Shown in pieces: positions 22,553 to 33,600 of a stretch of 36,995 nucleotides of DNA. The stretch lies in assembly GCF_001194135.2 (NCBI RefSeq), contig NC_068986.1:21746114-21783108 (forward strand), written 5' to 3'. Below the pieces are notes generated by a model. It had not been told where the DNA came from. It worked only from the letters and a program-made list of their open reading frames with translations, and searched no databases. The translations under genes and the position numbers were made by a program. The stretch comes from Octopus bimaculoides. Lineage: Eukaryota. The first letter of the stretch is position 1; every line of letters starts with the position of its first letter.

Positions 22553-22788
22553 TTTAAAGAAAGATTTTCTTAAAAGCTATTAACTATCTTAAAAATACTT
22601 GTTTTGAAAAACAGAATGTCACATACATTTTGGAGAGAACTTATTGTATGATGCATTTTGCATGTAAGTATTTTCACACAAAATACACTTGATATGAAAA
22701 ACTTTTTTCTAAAAGATTCATAACATTCTGTTTTTTAAAAACAATAATTTTAAATAGCTAACAGGTTTTAAGAAAATCTTTCTTCAAA
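22553..22788. repeat. Fold-back element just downstream of the SLC46-like stop codon
   Basis: 22553-22619 complements 22723-22788 (e.g. aagaaagattttcttaaaa; aaaaacagaatgt). Confidence 0.75.
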
Positions 22789-22824
22789 TATATATATACA
22801 GATAGATGGATATATATATATATA

Positions 22825-22906
22825 TTATTTTCCTGATCGCTGTAGCTCCTGGTGTTCATCAAGATTTTTGTAGCCATTTGCTTGCTTGATTTGAAACCAC
22901 ATGACT
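22825..22906 (-). CDS. SLC46A: SLC46-like terminal coding exon (82 bp incl. TAA)
   Basis: Strong acceptor tgtttctttcctttttattttcatgcag at 22907; phase-2 join gives VVMWFQIKQANGYKNLDEHQELQRSGK*. Total CDS 1374 nt = 457 aa, close to human PCFT (459 aa). Confidence 0.8.
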
Positions 22907-23021
22907 CTGCATGAAAATAAAAAGGAAAGAAACAATTTATTATAGTAAATATTTCAAAATTTATTTCAATAAATTTACTTTTATAAATTCATTGTATATC
23001 CATTTTGGATCTTTTCCCTTT

Positions 23022-23545
23022 GTACTTGTTCTATCGGTCTCTTTTACCAAACTGCTAGGTTATAGGGATGTAAACACACCAACATTGGTTGTCAAGCGAT
23101 GGTGTGGGGTACAAACACAGACATACAAATACACACACACACACATATATATACGACGGGCTTCTTTCAGTTTCCATCTACTAAATCTTCTCACAAGGCT
23201 TTGGTCGGCTTGAGGCTATAGTAAAAGACACTTGCCCAAGGTGCCACGCAGTGGGACTGAACCTGGAACCATGTGGTTGGTAAGCAAGCTACTCACCACA
23301 CAGCCACTCTATATTTACAACATTTATATTTTATTTGTTATCTTTCACTTGCTTCAGTCATTGGGTTACAGCCATGCTGGAGCACTGCCTTGAAGAATTT
23401 AGTCAAACAAATCAACCACACTACTTACTTTTTGGGTTTGGTACTTACTCTATCAGTCTCTTTTGCTAAACTGCTAAGTTACATAAGGGCATAAACAAAC
23501 CAATATCAGTTGTCAAGCAGTTCTAGGGAACAAACACAAACTCAA
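23022..23545 (-). mobile_element. Two adjacent SINE family B copies in the last intron
   Basis: 23022-23310 and ~23340-23545 both match the reverse complement of family B. Confidence 0.8.
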
Positions 23546-23567
23546 AGACATATACACACTTAGATAC

Positions 23568-23574
23568 ACCTATG

Positions 23575-23664
<90 letters not shown>

Positions 23665-23745
23665 CATATCATCATCATCATCATCATATATATATCATCT
23701 ATATTTATATAGATAAATAGATAGATAGATAGATAGATATAGATA
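23568..23745. repeat. (TATC)n/(TC)n/(TA)n/(CAT)n compound microsatellite
   Basis: Visible directly; (TATG)n also at 23875-23910 and 24503-24576. Confidence 0.95.
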
Positions 23746-24585
23746 TGGGTCATAAGAAGCTTGCACTGCACCCCCCCCCCAAAAAAAAACCCCTGGGGTC
23801 AATTTGTTCAATTAAAATCTTCAAAGCAGTGCCCCAGCATGACTGCAGTCAAATGACAGAAATCAGTTAAAGATGTATGTATGTATGTATGTATGTATGT
23901 ATGTATGTATGGTAGGAGACCTGCACATAAACTCAAAATGAGGTTCAAGGACTGCCTCAGAATTGTTCTGACACAGACAGGAGTTTGAGCTGTTGATTGC
24001 GCGAGGGAGGCACAAGACCAAGATGGATGGAGGAAGAGATTGCACAGTGGTTGTTCAAAGTTTGAGGGGTGGGAAAGAGAGAATGAAGCATGAGAAGATT
24101 AGGAGAAGGCTTAGAAAGAATGACCCTGTGGAGAATGAGGGAGTGTTGCCTTTTGCGTATGTGGTTCGTAGGAGGAGGAGGTGCTTGAGTCGTGCTGTGC
24201 TGGTCAGCCATCAAACAACTCACAAGAATCGACCCATGGTAAATTGTGATATGCAACATGTGGAAAGGTGTGCCTCTCAGTTGAAGGATTGAAAGGGCAT
24301 GTCGAAAGAGTTCATATTGTGGCACCTGTTTATTCTGCCAGCCAGCACAGCTGTGCATTATGCAATAGAAGGTGAAAAACTTTTGCTGTACTCAAGAGTC
24401 ATACAAGGGCCTCATATTGCATCAACATTGACTCATTTCAGTGACTCGTTCTAGCAATGGCTTTGCTTGTATATAAGAAAGCAGCTAAGATGTTTGTGTG
24501 TCTGTATGTCTGTATGTATGTATGTATGTCTGTCTGTATGTATGTATGTATGTATGTATGTATGTATGTATGTATGCATACTTAC

Positions 24586-24742
24586 ACTGTGAATAGAGTG
24601 CATAGCGAACATATTGCCGTTGAAACAAAGAAGACAAATCCTTGGTGTATATCAAAAGTGAGGCTGTAAAGACCATTGAAACACACCGAAGCAAGTAATG
24701 CCATCAGGTTTTCTAGGTATGCCATAAAGGTGAAGAGTTTGG
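24586..24742 (-). CDS. SLC46A: SLC46-like coding exon 4 (157 bp, phase 1-2)
   Basis: Acceptor ttctcttcttcatacattgcag at 24743; reads AKLFTFMAYLENLMALLASVCFNGLYSLTFDIHQGFVFFVSTAICSLCTLFT; donor GTAAGT at 24585. Aligns with PCFT ALFSAVACVNSL...FNSLYPATLNFMKGFPF. Confidence 0.9.
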
Positions 24743-24779
24743 CTGCAATGTATGAAGAAGAGAATTTCTGAATTATCAC

Positions 24780-25022
24780 CATCATCGTCATCATAATCAT
24801 CATCAACATCATCAACATTATCATCAACATTGTCATCAACATCATCAACATCATCATCAACACTGTTTTCAAAATCATCATCGTCATCACATTCACCTAA
24901 TTATCATTATCGTCGTCGTCGTCGTCACCACAACCATTACCACCACCACCACCCTCCTCATCATCATTGTCACATTCATCATCATCATCATCATCATCAT
25001 CACCATCCTCCTCCTCCTCCTC
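24780..25022. repeat. Compound trinucleotide microsatellite (CAT/CGT/CAC/CCT)
   Basis: Visible directly; similar tracts at 25864-25940, 26600-26855, 34930-35158. Explains the poly-M/H/T/D ORFs. Confidence 0.95.
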
Positions 25023-25257
25023 TTGGCCAATATTCTGGAGAGGAAAACCAAGATATAACAGGCAATGGGGTTGTATACATTTATGTATGGGCCAATATGG
25101 GTCATGACCAAGGGGCACCAAAGCTTGTGGGTCCTAAGCATTGGGGGCCCCTTTAGCTCAGAGAAGCCTAAAGCTTAGAGCTAAAAGTACAAAAATGTAT
25201 TAACTGTAATCAAATAGAAGAGTATTGTAGTTCACTTGAAGCATTGTGTATTGTTTA

Positions 25258-25441
25258 CAAAGAATAAAATGTTTTGAATGACACAACAATTTACTATAAT
25301 ACAAACAATGGATTATAATAACTGTTGTAATTAATCTTTTTTTTTTCCCAGAAGCTTCTCTGATTTAATTAGAACAGTTATTAGATTCAATTGTTTGTAT
25401 TAGAGTGCATTGTTGTGTCATTCAAAACATTTTATTCTTTG
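25258..25441. repeat. Intronic hairpin, 33-bp perfect outer stem plus imperfect inner stem
   Basis: caaagaataaaatgttttgaatgacacaacaat (25258-25290) exactly complements 25409-25441. Confidence 0.85.
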
Positions 25442-25625
25442 CAATCAAATAAATAATTCGTAATTTCTTTTAATCAAATAGAGTTTTTTAAAAAATTATT
25501 GAGCCATCTTTTGATTTATTGAGTCTTTTTGGATTTAAAAAGAAACCATTAACCTTTTCATTACTGTGTTTATTTTGAGATGCTCTGTTTTTCTCTCAAT
25601 TATTTTAAATATAACAAAGAATTTT

Positions 25626-25863
25626 NNNNNNNNNNNNNNNNNNNNNNNNNNNNNNNNNNNNNNNNNNNNNNNNNNNNNNNNNNNNNNNNNNNNNNNNNNN
25701 NNNNNNNNNNNNNNNNNNNNNNNNNNNNNNNNNNNNNNNNNNNNNNNNNNNNNNNNNNNNNNNNNNNNNNNNNNNNNNNNNNNNNNNNNNNNNNNNNNNN
25801 NNNNNNNNNNNNNNNNNNNNNNNNNNNNNNNNNNNNNNNNNNNNNNNNNNNNNNNNNNNNNNN
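25626..25863. other. Assembly gap
   Basis: N run. Confidence 1.
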
Positions 25864-27200
25864 GGAGGAGGAGGAGGAGACGGCGGTGGAGGCGGAGGCG
25901 GCGGTGGTGGTAGTGGTGGTGATGGTGGTGGAGGGAGGCTGAGATCAAATAGCTGCAAGAAGCAGAGGCTAACGTAGTAGTGGTAGAAAAGACAGAGAGA
26001 GAGAGAGAGAGGAGACAGCATGTTTGTGAGCAGATTTCAGGAAGTGAATAAATGACAGCAACATGAGGAAAGGAAGGAACCTCTATGTAATTGCTTGACC
26101 TGCTAGAAATAGCAATCAAATCTCTCTCAAATTACACCTTATTTCTACTAATACAGCCATGAAGATCAGTCTTAGGTCTGTCACAAGCTTACAGTGTCAT
26201 TAAGTTGGAGCTTATTCCGCTTTCTGTGCTATATAAGCAACTAAGAGTACAATATTTACTCACTCCATTGCGTGGTTAACTCACAACAACAATGATGCTG
26301 GTGGGGAAGGTGGATCTATACTCAGCTGATTAAAAAGTATGGAAAGTAGGATGGGATCTGATCCTGTGAGTCTGTGGGTTTGTGACAACCCAAAGACTAA
26401 GACTGTCATGGTAATAGAAGTAAAACTGGTTACTGTGGTACTGGAAACTGTTGATGAGAGTAAGAAGGAATGTTCACGGCTGGAATGTCACTTCATCAAG
26501 GGTTTAGAGAGAGTTAATTTGAAGTTAAGCAATAGTAATGGCAGTGAACTCCTCTTTAACCTTTTCGTCTAGTTTAGCATCACATGGCTTTCAATGCAGT
26601 AACACCACCATCACCACCACCACCATCACCATCACCTCCTTCAATTATAGCAATGAAGTCTACTAATGCCTTCCTTGATGTTTATATCCTTATATTTATA
26701 CCACCACCAACCACCATTGTCACATTCCCTATCATTACTGTCATTACTACAACCACCACTACCACCATCACCACAACCACCACCACCACCACCACCACCA
26801 CCACCACCACCATCATCATCAACAACAACAGCAACAACACAACAACATCATCAGTAAAATTTGTCTAGAGGAGGAAGCAAATCTAGATCAGAGATTCCAT
26901 TTGCTAGAATTACATCTCTAAATTAAATATAATTAAAGCACTCTTTAAACATAAAAAGTACTTTACAATAATTGGTTTCTAATTTTGGCACAAGGCCAGC
27001 AATTTCGTGACGAAAGTATTTAAAGGCTACTTCAGTCTGGCATCTGGTGTCCCTCTCCTCACCATCCTACAATGAGCTGAGGATTACAAGAGAGGGATGA
27101 AAGATTTCCCACCGAATTCCTCTGGAGAATCATCAACACAACAGCAGTCAGCTTTGCTTCTCTCTTCCTCTCTTCACACTGGCATATTTACCTTTTAGCC

Positions 27201-27386
27201 CAGTGGTTCTTAACCATTTTCTTATCTATGGACCTCTTTGATTACTATTTTATTCTGGTGGACCCATCCCCAAAACCATTCGATGTTTAAAAACTAGTTT
27301 TATAGAAACTTCTTCCAAAATTCCTATTTTGTTTTTCACACATTAATTTGTGCTTGTTGAGTTATGTAAAATATTAGAGAAAGAAA
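27201..27386 (+). mobile_element. hAT (Charlie-like) left-end fragment
   Basis: Begins CAGTGGTTCTTAACC; opposite TIR not found. Confidence 0.45.
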
Positions 27387-27391
27387 TACTC

Positions 27392-27640
27392 TTTACTCTC
27401 TTTACTTGTTTCAGTCATTTGACTGCGGCCATGCTGGAGCACCGCCTTTAGTCGAGCAAATCGACAACCGATGCTGGTGTGTTTACGTCCCCGTAACTTG
27501 GCGGTTCAGCAAAAGAGATTGATAGAATAAGTACTAGGCTTCCAAAGAATAAGTCCTGGGGTCGATTTGCTTGACTAAAAGCGGTGCTCCAGCATGGCCG
27601 CAGTCAAATGACTGAAACAAGTAAAAGAGTAAAAGAGTAA
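27392..27640. mobile_element. SINE family B 3' end with inverted duplication (fold-back)
   Basis: 27392-27465 is the reverse complement of 27561-27640. Confidence 0.85.
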
Positions 27641-27842
27641 AGCTAATATGTCATTAGTATTAGCTCCTACAGTATTAACCTTCACTCACTTAGCCATCCT
27701 TCTCATGGCTTAAGTTGTCAAGTACTATGGTTGGTCTTGTCATTCCTGCCAATGAACTTTGTGCCTAAAATGTGAATATTTCTCCACTACTCATATACAC
27801 ATACAAAAAGAAAGACTTAACAGACAACAATATCATTCTTAC

Positions 27843-27926
27843 CTTCTTCATCAATGTTAACAAAAGTGGATGTCACAGACCGAATTGTTGCATAGGTAAA
27901 ACCAAGTGGCATTTTTACTACTGGAA
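27843..27926 (-). CDS. SLC46A: SLC46-like coding exon 3 (84 bp, phase 1-1)
   Basis: Acceptor ttttacacag at 27927; reads VPVVKMPLGFTYATIRSVTSTFVNIDEE; donor GTAAGA at 27842. Matches PCFT VIRAKLSKLVRETEQG. Not in the ORF track (too short). Confidence 0.88.
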
Positions 27927-28160
27927 CTGTGTAAAAGAATTTATAAAATGAAATATTAAAATGGCATGTTTTGTGAAAGAATATAAAAATATTTCATAAT
28001 GATTTGAAATTTCAAACTCTAAAAATTTCTGTTAGATTTTACATTATACATTTTTTGATATTATATATCTACGATAGAATAACTTTATAGTGTATCAGGA
28101 ATAAGAACTGTCAAAAAAATCTAAACAACAAAACTAAAATAGAAAAATCTAAATAGTCAT

Positions 28161-28532
28161 AGGCACAGGAGTGGCTCGGGTTCATTCCCACTGCGTGGGC
28201 ACCTTGGGCAAGTGTCTTCTACTGTAGCCTCGTGCCAACCAAAGCCTTGTGAGTGGATTTGGTAGATGGAAACTGAAAAAAGCCCATCGTATGTATATAT
28301 ATATATATATATGTATGTATGTGTGTGTATATGTTTGTGTCTGTGTTTGTCCCCCCAATATCGCTTGACAACCGATGGTGGTGTTTACATCCCCGTAACT
28401 TAGCGGTTCGGCAAAAAGAGACCGATAGAATAAGTACTAGGCATCCAAAGAATAAGTCCTGGGGTTGATTTGCTCAACTAAAGGCAGTGCTCCAGCATGG
28501 CCACAGTCAAATGACTGAAACAAGTAAAAGAG
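28161..28532 (+). mobile_element. SINE family B
   Basis: Same head/body/tail as 20910-21300. Confidence 0.85.
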
Positions 28533-28819
28533 TTAAAATTTTCAGTTATATTCTTTGTGTGTATGAATCTAAGATAGAAAAAATGTACAAAGAACTGCCC
28601 ACAGGAATCAAACCATAAATTTGTCAGAATCCAAATGACTATGTTAACCTTCACACCAAGGTGACCAAGCACATTTCATCCACTCAAATTAGAGCCCATA
28701 AAGTATCAGTATACCAGTAAATTTCATTATATCTATTCCATCTGCCTCAAAAGAATTTCTTTAGTTCATAACATTTAGCCTTCAACTGTAACGATTATTT
28801 CATGTATTTTTATTTATCA

Positions 28820-29019
28820 TGCGGGTGACACATAAAAGCACCCATTACACTCTCTGAGTGGTTGGCGTTAGGAAGGGCATCCAGCTGTAGAAACTCTGCC
28901 AAATCAGATTGGAGCTTGGTGTTGCCATCTGGTTTCACCAGTCCTCAGTCAAATCATCCAACCCATACTAGCATGGAAAGCGGACGTTAAACGATGATGA
29001 TGATGATGATGATGATGAT
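28820..29019 (+). mobile_element. SINE/LINE-tail family C ending in (GAT)n
   Basis: Core ggcgttaggaagggcatccagctgtagaaa recurs at ~1459-1625(-), 3280-3455(+), 3470-3660(-), 13315-13495(-), 14100-14250(-), 36275-36600(-). Confidence 0.8.
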
Positions 29020-29221
29020 TGAATGCATTATTCACCCAGATATCCACCTTGTTATTATGATTTTGAAAAGACCAATGGCAAATTTTTCTCCAAAATATTT
29101 TTACCATTGCTTTTTACTAGATACTAAACATCTTTAAAAATTAGAGTGTGTCCTACCATTATGCTATTTTGTAGACGTTTATTGCTTGTAATCCTCTCTT
29201 TTAGATTATTTTTTTTGTTTT

Positions 29222-29428
29222 TCTTTTATTTGTTTCAGTCATTTGACTGCGGCCATGCTGGAGCACCACTTTAGTCGAACAAATCGACCCCAGTACTTAT
29301 TCTTTGTAAGCCTAGTACTTATTCTCTTGGTCTCTTTGGCCGAACCGCTAAGTTACGGGGACGTGAACACAACAACATCAGTTGTCAAGCGATGATGGTG
29401 GTGGGGACAAACACAGACACACACAAAA

Positions 29429-29490
<62 letters not shown>

Positions 29491-29577
29491 GACGGGCTTC
29501 TTTCAGTTTCCGTCTACCAAATCCACTCACAAGGCTTTGGTCAGCCCGAGGCTATTGTCGAAGACACTTGCCCAAGG
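29222..29577 (-). mobile_element. SINE family B, 5'-truncated
   Basis: Reverse complement of 28200-28532. Confidence 0.85.
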
Positions 29578-29693
29578 TCAGATGAATAAAGGGTAAGGAT
29601 GAATAAAGGGCCTGCATTGTTCATATGTTGTCTCATGTGAAATACTTTATGGAAAGAAATTACAAAACAATAAAAAAGAAAAAGTATACAAAC

Positions 29694-29936
29694 CAATGAA
29701 TGCTGTTGTAATGTTTTGAGCTAATCCAAACATGATAGATCCAATTCCTTGAGCTGCAAATCCAACAAGACTCAAAGCAAAGTCATTCACTGAGAAACAT
29801 TTCTTCAACAAAGGAAGAATGATAATCAATGTGAAGCCATAAACAAAGTTCTGCAGACTAAAGAAGTAACCAATTTGAGTCACCGAAGCAGATATTGGTG
29901 AATGGCGCAGGAAGAGCTGAATGATGGAAAATTCAC
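29694..29936 (-). CDS. SLC46A: SLC46-like coding exon 2 (243 bp, phase 1-1)
   Basis: Acceptor ttttcag at 29937; reads (G)EFSIIQLFLRHSPISASVTQIGYF...LPLLKKCFSVNDFALSLVGFAAQGIGSIMFGLAQNITTAFI; donor GTTTGT at 29693. In frame with exon 1; aligns with the PCFT LYELSTPLCWDSKLIGYG region. Confidence 0.9.
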
Positions 29937-32191
29937 CTGAAAATCATAGAATTTGGTTCTGCTTAGTTTTAATTTAAACTTGCAGAATACATATAAAAGT
30001 TATAAAAACTAACATTTCACTTTCTGAGCTGAGATTCGAAACGGAATCTAAGCATTCTCACTTGCCTGATCCACCACTGACCAAACAGGCACAAAAGAAG
30101 TTTCTTTATCCTGTCAAAAAGTGGATTGATTTTCATTCGACCTCCAGCCTGAGCTGTATCACTGAAGGTTCAACTGGACAGCAGGTGACCTAGATAAGTA
30201 GAAACTACTCCTATGGTATATCTATTCTTCCTCGCTGTCCAGGAAGGACCATTATAAATATGGTCTCCTTAGACACATGACAGACAGGCAGATGGCTTGC
30301 GACAGGCAAGCAGCCAACAGGGATCCGCATAGTCAGCATGAGCGAAGGAGGATAGCCAACAATACAACACAGTAGCAGAACACAAACAGATAGGACAGAA
30401 AAACAACATGACCCAGCCAAATGACCAATGCACACACAGACACAAAATATGCCATGTACTATCTCATCAAATCAACATTCTACTTCTGTTGTTTTTTTTT
30501 ATTTTGCCAACTTGATGCAGTTGGTAACTTCATGTAGTGGCCTTCATTGATATTGTAAATCAAGCTTTGTATATCCAACACATAGATGCAACTGTTGATG
30601 AAATAAATTATTTAAAACTACAGTCCAATGCTTTCCTCATTGTTTTCCTTTGATGTCATCCAACACACCTATCTTCATCTGCTGCACCAACAACATACAT
30701 TGAACCATCAACAACACCTTTTGCTACACATCCCGCTACAAAGTCAATCAATTAATGTTTGATATTAATTTTACGTGGTGGGGAAGATATCTGAAATATT
30801 AGTTATAGCTACTACGCTGTACCTGAATCAGTACCTTTGTGCATTGAACTGAAATACTTTAGGGCTTATATTTGTCTTTCATCTTTCTTAAAGGATCAGA
30901 GGTGATTCCTGATTCATAGGCTTAAAAGGCTGGCTTCCTAAGTTCTGGGAGATAAATGTTCCCACTTGGACAGGATGCTGGCCCTTCGCAGGATTGGTCA
31001 TCTTTTCCAGCTGAGTGGACTGGAGTAATGTAAAGTGAAGTGTTTTGTTTAAGAACACAGCACATCACCTGGTCCAGGGATTAAAACCATGATCTTACAG
31101 TCATGTGTGCAACACCTTTGTCACTAAGCCACATGTCTCTGCTTTCATCTCTCTACACTCATCATAGAGTGTGTATCCTAGTTTTAGAATAGGTTCATTT
31201 GTCATTGGTAGATAGTCAGCCACAACTAAAAGAGTTGATAACAGGATGATATCTGGGTATAAAACACTTGTCTAACTCATGCTAGCATGCAAACATTGAT
31301 GTAGATCAACACTACCACCACCACCACTGGTATCAATAACACCACCAACAACAACAGCAGCAGTAGCGGAGACAATGATGACTACAACAATGACAACATG
31401 TACATACAGAATAATAAGTTTACATTATGCAGTCAATAGTATCGAAGGTTACTGGAGCATAACTCTTGCTGTTGGATTTCTAAAAAACTACATTTAAAGA
31501 AAGCATTTAATTGCAATCATGTTGATTTTCAACCGTATATAATTATAAGAATTTTGTTAATATTTTTAAGCAAGTGAGATTTAGATAGATTTAAAACTGC
31601 TTTTCTTAAAAGATCTTTTATTTGCATGCTTATTGCTTTAAACACTCCTATTTTCCCCACTAGCAACCCTCCGTAAATAGTATTTACTGAGAATAATTTT
31701 CTTCTGTGAAGGTCACTATTAAGTAGAAAATGACAACTGGTACATAACAGAACCAGTTAAGCTCTTAACAAATGCTTAGTGGCATTTAGTTACATATTTT
31801 TCATGTTTCTAATTTCAAATCCTGCTGGTGATCAACTTTATCTTTTATTGTATCTTTGGAAATAGAGTGAAGAAACTAAGCGCCAGTCATGTGCACTGAG
31901 GTTATTTAAATCAACCATAATTCCCTCAGAAATGTGTAGTCTTGTACTTATGAAATATACTGTCTTTATTTTGAATAAATATATTGAAGAATTTAGTGAA
32001 ATAACTTTGTCATTATTAAGTTGGTGTTTTAAACAAGAATTAGCATGAAATTTTGACAGGTCTTGATTCAGATCATTTCAAAACTTAAAACTTGTATCAT
32101 AGAACCATTGGTGTCAGGTGGGTTGGTGCCAAAAGGAATCAATAGGAATGAATTTGAGAAATACATTTTGAAAACAAAGGTTTTTACTTAC

Positions 32192-32999
32192 CTTTTGTCA
32201 TCAATATCAGAACGGATAAAATCAAAATTCCAAATAGTAGAACAGTGCGTGTGTTGGATTTTCTTTTCTGAGTCATAAATTTGCATAAACTTTTGATGTT
32301 CTCAATGAGGAAAATACTTCTCAAAATCTTTCTTGTAGACTTGTCTGTTTCAATCAATTCTTCAACAACAAATACAGTGTAAAATAAATTGAGAATGTTA
32401 AAAATACTGATTATACCATACATTGCTGTATGACCAACAGATTTTAACATCATGCCAGCTACCAACATACCAATGGTTGTTGATAAGAAAACCATGGATT
32501 CTAAGATTCCAAGCCGAATTGTACGGTATTTAAGATCTGTTATGTGAACGATGTAGCTATAAAGTGCCATCATCATGACGATATGGCCACCACAACAACC
32601 ATTTAGAACAACACCAATCAATAAATATATTACAGGGATGTTATCAAATGCAGAAATAATCAGAAAAACAAAAATGGCAGTGATATTGCCAATAATAGGC
32701 AATATAAGAACAATTTTACGACTAAATGCATCTCCAAAAGGACCGAGGAATAGTGCTGCAATAATGGAAGGAATCAAAAGGGCCATATTAAAGTGCAGAA
32801 CCCATTTAGAGGTTTGTACTTGAATGGCAACTTCCTCATGCTGGAATGATCCATTATTCAACAAAGGACAGAGATCAGGGTCAAGGGTTTTCAAACATGT
32901 TCTCTCATAGACCAATGACTGTAGTGTGATGATGTTCAAGCAATCGGAGAACATATATAAAAATAAAACAGGTTCAACGACATTCCTTATGTACACCAT
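32192..32999 (-). CDS. SLC46A: SLC46-family MFS transporter (PCFT/SLC46A1- or SLC46A3-like), coding exon 1 (808 bp, N-terminal ~269 aa)
   Basis: Translation MVYIRNVVEPVLFLYMF...GPFGDAFSRK...RTIRLGILESM...LMTKG matches SLC46 hallmarks by eye (VEP-x-x-FL, D-x-x-[G/S]-R-[R/K] loop, RxxRxxxLE). ATG at 32999-32997 in aaataATGG context with in-frame TAA upstream at 33035-33033. Phase-1 donor GTAAGT at 32191-32186. Family-level call; ortholog not resolved. Confidence 0.93.
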
Positions 33000-33035
33000 T
33001 ATTTCTCCAGTAGTTCTGTGGATCAAAGTGGTTTA
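33000..33035 (-). other. 5'UTR portion of first coding exon; implies an upstream non-coding exon
   Basis: Pyrimidine-rich acceptor ccttttatattttttatattttcag ends at 33036, 36 nt before the ATG. Confidence 0.65.
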
Positions 33036-33600
33036 CTGAAAATATAAAAAATATAAAAGGTGATGGCCAAAGTTTTTTTAGTTTAGTATTTGTATGTAAT
33101 ATTTGTATATGACATCTTAAATTTCCCTCAAACCTATCACAGCCACTACTATTATCATTATCATAATTATCATTCAATTTTTAAGGTCCATATTTCTATG
33201 AGCCATATCATTATCACAAATGGTATTGAATAATGGGAGAGTTGCTAACGACAACCATATGCTTGTAGGTAAAATAAGAAAGTAATTGATAGTTAGTCAG
33301 TGATAAGAGAGTGTGATGGATGTCAGGAATGAGTGACCTGAAAGAGAAAGAGTAGCAGTTAGACATAAAGAAGGGACGGTGGTAGTAACTGGTCTAGAAA
33401 AGCATGGGTGATGGATGGTCAAGATGGTGATGGAAAGAGAGTAACCTGAAGGAGAAAAGGTAATGATGGGTAACATAGGAGGGGGTGCATCTGATGCCAA
33501 AGGATTCAAGGACAGAGGAGGGAGTAGTAGTGAGATATTAGTGGTAGAGTTAAAGAGGAAGATTTATAGGACAGTTAGAACAATTATTTATACTATATAC

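Noticed and set aside
23940-24420. Overlapping 99-133-aa ORFs in the last intron
   Set aside because: Purine/pyrimidine-skewed sequence, no recognisable domain; probably an old repeat.
24420-24484. Alternative last exon just past the (TATG)n tract
   Set aside because: No pyrimidine tract before the AG at 24485; the 22907 acceptor is much stronger and gives a sensible tail.
24743-24896. Met-rich N-terminus of ORF 24582-24896
   Set aside because: Intronic (ATG/ATC)n microsatellite read in frame with the real exon 4.
29581-29610. 13-bp direct repeat gatgaataaaggg at a SINE truncation point
   Set aside because: Both copies are on the same side of the SINE, so not a TSD; likely local slippage.
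30640-30745. DFVAGCVA on minus strand, resembling SLC25 carrier start
   Set aside because: No following P-x-D-T-x-K motif, stop soon after; decayed trinucleotide-like sequence.
33000-33026. TTG start of the supplied 280-aa ORF
   Set aside because: Eukaryotic gene; first ATG with good context is at 32999.
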